IMG/VR virus record: IMGVR_UViG_2930438282_000004
Coordinates: 1 to 64,000 of that record
Source of the DNA: a virus
Taxonomy: Duplodnaviria; Caudoviricetes
DNA: 64,000 nucleotides
Direction: 5' to 3' (one strand)
Shown here in pieces: positions 57,778-64,000 of this stretch (its first letter is position 1; each line of letters begins with the position of its first letter). A program made the translations under genes and the position numbers. The notes under the pieces were generated by a model, which was not told where the DNA came from, made no database searches, and saw only the letters and a program-made list of their open reading frames with translations.

Positions 57778-58295
57778 CCTGACGAAAACAATCGACCGGC
57801 ACCATGGGGTTTCGGCACCCCAATCAGCTCCACGCCGACGCACGCCGGCACCTCATGAGCCACGGACATACGTGCCCTACGGCGAGGTTGGAAAGGGCTC
57901 AGTGCGGCAGTCGTCGTCAACGGCGGCGACTGACGACGGACCGTGACCCAGTCGCCGTTGCAGATCGGCGGCCTCGATCATGGAGACCCATGGGCTCACG
58001 AGATGGCCGATGGACTCTATGTGGGAGGACCTGTAGAGACCCACGGCAACGTGCACCTTGACTGGACCCTGTAAAGGCCGGGCCGCACTTCAAGTAGCCC
58101 GTGCTGAACAGGACTTCTACCGGCCGACTAAAAGGCCGCCATGAACACGACATGCCGATGCGGGCAGCAGACACAAACCCATCGGTACATCCGGGAGAAC
58201 TGGTATGTAAGCATCGAGGGCTCAGCGCGTGACAAGCGCGGGAGCGGGACGCGCCAGACCCGCATGACCGGGTGGCGCCCTGGGAGGAGAACTTA

Positions 58296-59291
58296 GTGAT
58301 CAAGCATCTGCTACAGGAGCAGCTACCTCACGCCGATGGCCTGCAAGACGAACAGCGGCAGGCCATCAACGAAGGCTTTGACCGGCTGAGACGAGCAGTT
58401 GATGCTGATGACCGACCCTTGATAGTGGGGTCAGCAAAGGAGCTGGTCGAAGGCGTAGCCCGAGTGATCCTCGTTTCCTACGACGGTCGCGTCGTTCCCG
58501 ACCAAGATCCCTATGACAAAGTTCTCGGCGCCGCGCACAAGGTGATCGAGCACGCCGTTAGCCTCGGCATCCCCCGGAACGATCCGCTGCGCCAGATCCC
58601 CGAGAACGCAAAAAAGATGGCTGGCCAGCTCCGCGAGCTGCGCAACTCATTCGGGACTGGGCATGGACGCTCCATCGTGCACGAGATCACCGACGAGGTC
58701 GTCGAAGCTTCCGTGCACGCCAGCCTGTTGTGGGTTCGATGGGCCCTGGCTCGGCTCCACACTGCCCTACAAGGTGCCCTCGCACCTCTGATCCGAGACC
58801 TTGGCGACGGCATCTTCTACGGCGGCGACCTTGCGTCGCGGCTGGCGTCTGCGAACATTCCTGATCTTGACCAGCCTGACCAACGCCGCCTGGGGCTGGC
58901 AGTGGGCCAGCGGTCAGCGCGCCAAACGGTGAACGTGCGAGTCGAAGGCATCGAGGCCATCTCCGTACATCCCGAGCGATGGCCAGATGAGTACCGCAAC
59001 GGTGCGCTGCACGGCCTGTTCCTCAACGAGGACGGCCAGGTGTTTACCTACCCGTACGCCATCGATTCGGCCGTCCCCGCTCTCCTGAATGGCCACACGG
59101 CGCCGGACCGTCTGATCCAAGGCCTCGCATCGAAGCTGGCATCTGCGTCGTGGTCTGTCAGTTTCCAGAACGCATTCCAGGACGTCCTCGAAGCCATGCA
59201 CCGCACCACCCGCACTCTGCCGGAAGAGGCACGGGCTCCCTGGACCAAGCTCATCGAGGAGCTGAAGCAGCTCGCGCCCGAGGCTGCTTGA
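58296..59291 (+). CDS. Abortive-infection family protein (Abi_C-like domain)
   Basis: IVGSAKELVEGVAR...ELRNSFGTGHGR; GGAGG RBS. Confidence 0.75.
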   Translation: MIKHLLQEQLPHADGLQDEQRQAINEGFDRLRRAVDADDRPLIVGSAKELVEGVARVILVSYDGRVVPDQDPYDKVLGAAHKVIEHAVSLGIPRNDPLRQIPENAKKMAGQLRELRNSFGTGHGRSIVHEITDEVVEASVHASLLWVRWALARLHTALQGALAPLIRDLGDGIFYGGDLASRLASANIPDLDQPDQRRLGLAVGQRSARQTVNVRVEGIEAISVHPERWPDEYRNGALHGLFLNEDGQVFTYPYAIDSAVPALLNGHTAPDRLIQGLASKLASASWSVSFQNAFQDVLEAMHRTTRTLPEEARAPWTKLIEELKQLAPEAA

Positions 59292-59384
59292 TCGAGAGTG
59301 TTTGAGCCTGCTTAGGAGGAAGCCAGTGCCACCGGCTACGGCTACCGCAAGCTCGGCCTACCTAAAGAGGAAGAGCCGTCCACT

Positions 59385-59441
59385 GTATTCGGCGGGGCCG
59401 GAGCCGATGACGATGACTTCGCGTATGCCGGTGTCGGTCAC
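59385..59441 (-). pseudogene. Thioredoxin-reductase-like N-terminal fragment
   Basis: VTDTGIREVIVIGSGPA then similarity is lost. Confidence 0.65.
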
Positions 59442-59445
59442 CGGG

Positions 59446-59808
59446 TCACGCTTCCGGCTTCGCGTCGATCTCGGCGATGAGGGCCTCGATGCGCTTTTGG
59501 ATCTCGTCACGGATGGGGCGGACGGACTCGACGCCCTTGCCGGCCGGGTCTTCCAGGGCCCAGTCGAGGTACTCCTCGTCCGGGAAGATGGGGCAGGCGT
59601 CCCCGCAGCGCATGGTGATGACGTAGTCGGACGCCTGGACGGCCTCGGTGGTCAGGACCTTGGGCTTCTGGTCGGAGATGTCGACGCCGACCTCCTTCAT
59701 GGCCTCGATGGCGGCCGGGTTGACCTGGTCGCCGGGCAGTGATCCGGCGGAGCGGACCTCGATCCGGTCGCCCGCGAGGTGGTTGAGGAATCCGGCGGCC
59801 ATCTGTGA
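59446..59808 (-). pseudogene. arsC: Arsenate reductase (LMW-PTP fold), 5'-truncated
   Basis: SQMAAGF...RSAGS...CGDACP...W.LEDPAG; catalytic CxxNxxR loop missing. Confidence 0.85.
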
Positions 59809-59930
59809 GGCCTCGGCTGCACCGCCCGGGAAGTCGTCCGCTAGGTCCTCCAGCGCGCAACTCCCCCTTGTCAGTGACACCAGCGACAATTCCTTCCGAC
59901 AGCGCTGTGGGGCAGGGGGGACGCGCGAGC

Positions 59931-61100
59931 ATGCAGACAGATGACTTCTTCCGCGGCAGGCCCGATGAGCACGCGGACTGGCCCGACCACAGGCCGGGTG
60001 AATGGGTGTGCCAGCTGTGGGAGCTGGATGTCGAGCTGATGGAGTCCCTTCGGTTCGGTCCCCTGCCGGTTCCCCCGGATCTGGACGTAGCCGTGGCGCT
60101 GACCCGGTTGCTGCACGAGGACTTCGTCGCCCGGGGCACACGCCACGACGAACGCATGAATGACGAGGAAGTCGTCCTCGCCATCAAAGCGCACCGGGCG
60201 GTCCTCGAGCGCTTGGCACTGAAGCCGCCGCAGCTGCCGTTCCGCCATCACAGCGGCTTCTACGACTACTGGCGCAAGAACGACATGTCCGGGGGCGGCG
60301 GCTGGCAGGCGCGCCGCGAGTGCATCGAAGAGCTGCTGGGGCCGACCAGACAGGCCCTGGAGGACCTGCAGGAGGCCGAGTACGAGCAGCGTTTCAAGAA
60401 CGGCCCCCGCGGCACCTTCAAGAACCTCATCTTCGCGGCCGTCGGCCCGAAGCCGCAGATCGTGCTGCGGGACGCGGTGAGCAACGAGGTGGAGATCGTC
60501 CGGAACGCCGAGAACTGCCTCGTGTATAGGGACCCTCTGCCGGTACAGGGCCTGACCTGGCGGCAGATGGTCACCTGGTGGCAGACGCACTACATGCCGG
60601 ACGCCGAGGAGCCGGAGGCCGCCGATGCCCTGTACCGGCGGCTGTACCGCTCCCTGGATTCCCTGCCGGAGCAGACGGTCCTGCGCACGTACTGCGCCCG
60701 CTACGCCGAGTCCGCCGGATTCGACCTGCCCGCCCTTATTCCGCAGGTCTACCTGCACTACGACCCCTACACCCGCAAGAGCGGCGGACGCAGCGGGGCT
60801 CTGCACCGCGAGCGCATGGACTTCCTGCTGTTGGCGCCCGACCGCTCCCGCATTGTGATCGAGGTCGACGGCGCCCATCACTACGGCATGAAGAACCCCA
60901 CAGGCGTGGACGGCCGCACCACGTACACCGCCTCGCCCAGGCTGTACTCGGAGATGGTCGCCGAGGACCGCCGCCTGCGGCTGGCCGGCTATGAGATCTA
61001 CCGCTTCGGCGGCTGGGAACTTACCCGGCCCGACAGCCCGCAGCTCATCTCCGACTTCTTCACCGAGCTCCTCAACCGCCACAAGAAGCCGACACCGTAG
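59931..61100 (+). CDS. Second AbiJ-related nuclease-fold protein, paralogue of 53408-54808
   Basis: KNLIFAA, RMDFLLL...IVIEVDGAHHY...DRRLRLAGYEIYRFG. Confidence 0.75.
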   Translation: MQTDDFFRGRPDEHADWPDHRPGEWVCQLWELDVELMESLRFGPLPVPPDLDVAVALTRLLHEDFVARGTRHDERMNDEEVVLAIKAHRAVLERLALKPPQLPFRHHSGFYDYWRKNDMSGGGGWQARRECIEELLGPTRQALEDLQEAEYEQRFKNGPRGTFKNLIFAAVGPKPQIVLRDAVSNEVEIVRNAENCLVYRDPLPVQGLTWRQMVTWWQTHYMPDAEEPEAADALYRRLYRSLDSLPEQTVLRTYCARYAESAGFDLPALIPQVYLHYDPYTRKSGGRSGALHRERMDFLLLAPDRSRIVIEVDGAHHYGMKNPTGVDGRTTYTASPRLYSEMVAEDRRLRLAGYEIYRFGGWELTRPDSPQLISDFFTELLNRHKKPTP

Positions 61101-61117
61101 CGGCGGCACGCACCGCT

Positions 61118-61771
61118 TTAGTAGCCGGCCGTGTCCATGGCCTCCATGTACTCGATCTGCCAGTTCTCGTACTCACCGAGATGAGCCGAGTAGCCACCCC
61201 ACAACAGGTGCGCGAGCTTGTGCAGCTCGTTCACCTGCTCGTAGAAGTTGACGTTCTGCTGCACGGGTCGGGCGGGAGCCCGGCCGGCGCCGTGGCCGAC
61301 CAGGGCGTACCGGTAGGTCTCCCCTGTCGCATCCTCGCTGTCCAGCCAGTTCAGCTGACTCCAGGACCCCAGATCGATGCGCTGGTCCACCTTGGGTAGG
61401 TCCAGCAGAGCCAGGTACCGGTTGAGGCAGTCCGCCAGTCTCCTGATGTTGTGCGTGCGCAGCCGCTTATCCAACTGGTCGGGGCTGAGGTCCTCTTCTC
61501 CTGTGTAGCCCTCGCGCAGCGCGCACTGGGCGGCCTTCCGGATCAGCCACTTCAGCGACAGCTCGATGCTGTGCCGGTAGTTGTAGAGGATCGGGAGGGG
61601 CATCAGATCGTCCGGGCCGTGGGTGATCCAGTGGCGAGCGGCGGTCTCGGCCACGCGCAGATAGCCGCCAGCGAGGGTGAGATCGTCCTCGCTGGCACCG
61701 CCCCAGACGGCGATCTCGGCATTCGCCCAGCGGGGCCGGGGCAGGCTCAACCGATCCTTTGCTTCCTCCAT
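61118..61771 (-). CDS. Hypothetical protein, possibly HEPN-like
   Basis: PILYNYRHSIELSLK...THNIRRL...YRY. Confidence 0.55.
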   Translation of the reverse strand: MEEAKDRLSLPRPRWANAEIAVWGGASEDDLTLAGGYLRVAETAARHWITHGPDDLMPLPILYNYRHSIELSLKWLIRKAAQCALREGYTGEEDLSPDQLDKRLRTHNIRRLADCLNRYLALLDLPKVDQRIDLGSWSQLNWLDSEDATGETYRYALVGHGAGRAPARPVQQNVNFYEQVNELHKLAHLLWGGYSAHLGEYENWQIEYMEAMDTAGY

Positions 61772-61982
61772 CCCTTCAGGATCGCAATCGCCCGCCTCGT
61801 CCACTACCGCTTTTGGCAACTGCCCGCTGGTGCATCGTCCCTGGGCGTTGCCGGCCGGGCCAGACGCCGAGGGCGGCGAGTTGCTGGCGGGTGAAGTGGC
61901 GGGTGGTCATGTCTCTCCTGGGGCGTGCGTCGGTTTACGTGCGGTCGGGGTGTGGCCGTGTGTGCGGGTCAGGCGTCGGCGG

Positions 61983-63872
61983 TCATGCGCTGTGCCTCTC
62001 TGGGCCGGTGTCGGGGTGGCTTCCGGTTTCGGGGTCGCAGGCGAGGTGGGTGTCGTATCCGCGGTCGAGTCGGTAGCCGGTGAGGGGGTCTCCGCAGATG
62101 GTGCAAAGCGGGCGTTTGCCGTCCGGAGTCCCGGGCCCCTCCCCCTCACCTCCCCCCACCTGAGGGTGGGGGGAGGCGGGGGAGGTTTGGGTGGGGGCAT
62201 CCCCCCGACCTCCCCCGGGAGTTGGGGGGAGGTTTGACCTGGGGTTTTCGTTGAACTCCCCCGGACTCCCCCCTTGATCGTGGGGGAGTTCGGTTTCAAG
62301 ATCGCGGGGGAGGTCTCGGGGGGAGGTATTTCGGGGCGAATCGGACGCCGTTCCAGGGGTGCTGTCGAGGGTGTCCGGGTATGCCGGGGAATCGGCGCCC
62401 GAAATGGCATCCCCCGTCCGCAAATGCTCCTCATCGAAGCTGTTCCGGGTCTTCCGGATCCGGACTGCCTCCTCGACCTTCTCCTTGCGCATCTGGATGC
62501 CGTACTCGGTGCACCACTTGATGACGCGCGGGCTGCCCCACTTCAGTGGCACCTTCGACCGGTCGAGGACCGCGGCGAGCCATTCGGGGGTGCCCTTGAT
62601 CTCCTCGGCCGGCCGGTAGTCGAGGGATTCCAGGACGACCGAGGTGACGGGCCGGCCGTCCGGTTTCGCCTCGCCGTCGAGGGTGACGACCTTCAGCCCG
62701 AACTGGATGTCGCCGGACTCCTCGTCGTCTTTCTGCTTGCCGACCTTGACGGTGACGACGATGTTCTTGGCGTTGTCGCCTTTCTTCGACACGTGGAGTT
62801 CGGATTGAAGGGCGCCCTTCGCGGAGGATGCGCCGCGGCCGTGCTCGCCGACGTGCCCGGTGTGGTGGATGACGAGGACGCAGGCGCCGGTGGCTCGGCG
62901 TAGGTCTTCGACGCGTTCGATGACGACGCCGACTTCGGTGTTGGAGTTCTCCTCGACGCCGACGGAGACGCGGGCCTGGGTGTCGATGACGATCATCTGC
63001 GGTTGCAGGCGGCGCATCGCCTCGATGAGGACGTCCCATTCCGGGCCCATCGCCTGGACGGGGCGGGGGAGGAAGAGGACGTTGTCCATCTTCAGCCCGT
63101 AGTGCTTCTCCCACGCGCGGACGCGCTTGCGGATGCCGCGGGCGCCTTCGGCGACGAGGTAGACGACGGTGCCCTGGCGGACGTGGTGTCCGTGCCACTG
63201 CATGCCGGTGCCGACGTGTCCGGCCAGGTCGATCGTCACGAAGCTCTTCATGTGCCCGGACGGGCCGATGATCCGGGCGAGGGAATCAAGGTGGAGGAGG
63301 TCGCCGACGAGGGGTTCCAGGGTCGGCATGTTGTCGAGGCTGGACGCGTCGAGGAGCTCGGCGAGGAGGGCGTCCGCGGGGTCGCCGGATCGTCCGTGGG
63401 CGCGTTCCTTCTGCCGCTTGAGGTAGTCGTCGATGAAGGTGACTGCGCCGCCGGGCTCGGCGTCCGGTTCGGTGGCGCGTTGGACGATGCGCCGGCCGAG
63501 GTCGGCTTCGGCACGGAGGTCGGCGTCCTTGCGGACGATGTGCGCGTGGTACTCGGCGTCGAGGGCGTAGTCGCCGAGCTGGTTGAGGTAGGGGATGCCG
63601 CCGGCGCGGCGGAGTTCCTTGCGCTTCTCCAGTTCGAGTCGGAGGGTCAGCGGGGTGATCGGCTGGCCTTCGTCGTGGAGGTAGCCGACGACGTCCCACA
63701 GGAGTTCGTGCTGGGGGAGTGCGAAGTCGGTGCGGGTGAGGATGCCGCGTACGGCCGGGATGGCCTTGGGGTTGTGCATGCAGCCGCCGATGACGTACCG
63801 CTCGGCGTCGTACTGCTCTGAGCCGTGCGGGTCCGCCTGGTCATCTCCGTGCATGTGGCGGACGTTGCTCAC
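61983..63872 (-). CDS. Replicative helicase: DnaB-like N-terminal domain plus AAA_25/RepA ATPase
   Basis: AERYVIGG...DFALPQHELLW; GPSGHMKS Walker A, YLVAEG, IVIDTQ Walker B, VIHHTG...RGASS. Confidence 0.88.
   Translation of the reverse strand: MSNVRHMHGDDQADPHGSEQYDAERYVIGGCMHNPKAIPAVRGILTRTDFALPQHELLWDVVGYLHDEGQPITPLTLRLELEKRKELRRAGGIPYLNQLGDYALDAEYHAHIVRKDADLRAEADLGRRIVQRATEPDAEPGGAVTFIDDYLKRQKERAHGRSGDPADALLAELLDASSLDNMPTLEPLVGDLLHLDSLARIIGPSGHMKSFVTIDLAGHVGTGMQWHGHHVRQGTVVYLVAEGARGIRKRVRAWEKHYGLKMDNVLFLPRPVQAMGPEWDVLIEAMRRLQPQMIVIDTQARVSVGVEENSNTEVGVVIERVEDLRRATGACVLVIHHTGHVGEHGRGASSAKGALQSELHVSKKGDNAKNIVVTVKVGKQKDDEESGDIQFGLKVVTLDGEAKPDGRPVTSVVLESLDYRPAEEIKGTPEWLAAVLDRSKVPLKWGSPRVIKWCTEYGIQMRKEKVEEAVRIRKTRNSFDEEHLRTGDAISGADSPAYPDTLDSTPGTASDSPRNTSPRDLPRDLETELPHDQGGSPGEFNENPRSNLPPTPGGGRGDAPTQTSPASPHPQVGGGEGEGPGTPDGKRPLCTICGDPLTGYRLDRGYDTHLACDPETGSHPDTGPERHSA
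62137..62327. repeat. GGGGGAG(G) repeat cluster in both orientations
   Basis: About six direct and four inverted copies inside the low-complexity tail of the helicase gene. Confidence 0.6.
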
Positions 63873-64000
63873 GGGCGGTCTCCTCAGAAGAGCGTGGTGG
63901 GGGCAGCAGGCGGGCACAGGTGGTCGGCGACGTGGGCGCCTGTGCGGCAGTCGGGTGGGTGCCAGGACTCGACCCAGAACAGGCGTTTGTGGCCGAGGCT

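Larger units (their letters stand above)
54849..57900 (+). mobile_element. Outer IS5-family element with a passenger gene
   Basis: IRs GAGCCTTTTCCAACCT and AGGTTGGAAAGGGCTC; AGT duplicated at 54846-48 and 57901-03. Confidence 0.85.

Noticed and set aside
59446-60141. Full-length 231 aa ArsC as listed in the ORF track
   Set aside because: The N-terminal part is antisense to the AbiJ-like gene and lacks the catalytic loop; only a fragment is real.
1-64000. Prophage att sites and integrase
   Set aside because: No integrase gene or long flanking direct repeat was found; the boundaries probably lie outside the window.

Overview
High-GC actinobacterial DNA; gene families and IS types point to Streptomyces (inference). 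Most of the window is a siphovirus-type prophage read on the minus strand: lysis cassette (3.35-5.55 kb), tail (10.9-24.7 kb), head and packaging (24.7-32.5 kb), small accessory and membrane genes (32.6-41.9 kb) and a replicative helicase at the right edge (62-63.9 kb). No integrase, att pair or clear repressor is visible, so prophage ends cannot be set. Three things stand out. (1) A tightly coupled plus-strand operon (5.7-10.9 kb) sits between the lysis and tail genes and encodes an NDP-sugar epimerase and two glycosyltransferase-like proteins; the epimerase ends in a motif otherwise seen in this phage's tape-measure protein. (2) A roughly 20 kb accreted island (41.9-61.9 kb) interrupts the phage; its right part is a candidate anti-phage cluster with two paralogous nuclease-fold proteins carrying different N-termini, an Abi_C-like protein and a HEPN-like protein. 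(3) Two nested IS5-family elements, each with inverted repeats, a target duplication and a passenger gene. Scars of broken genes (istB, DNA ligase, arsC/trxB, a tRNA T-arm) mark insertion junctions. All product calls come from motif recognition by eye; no database search was run.
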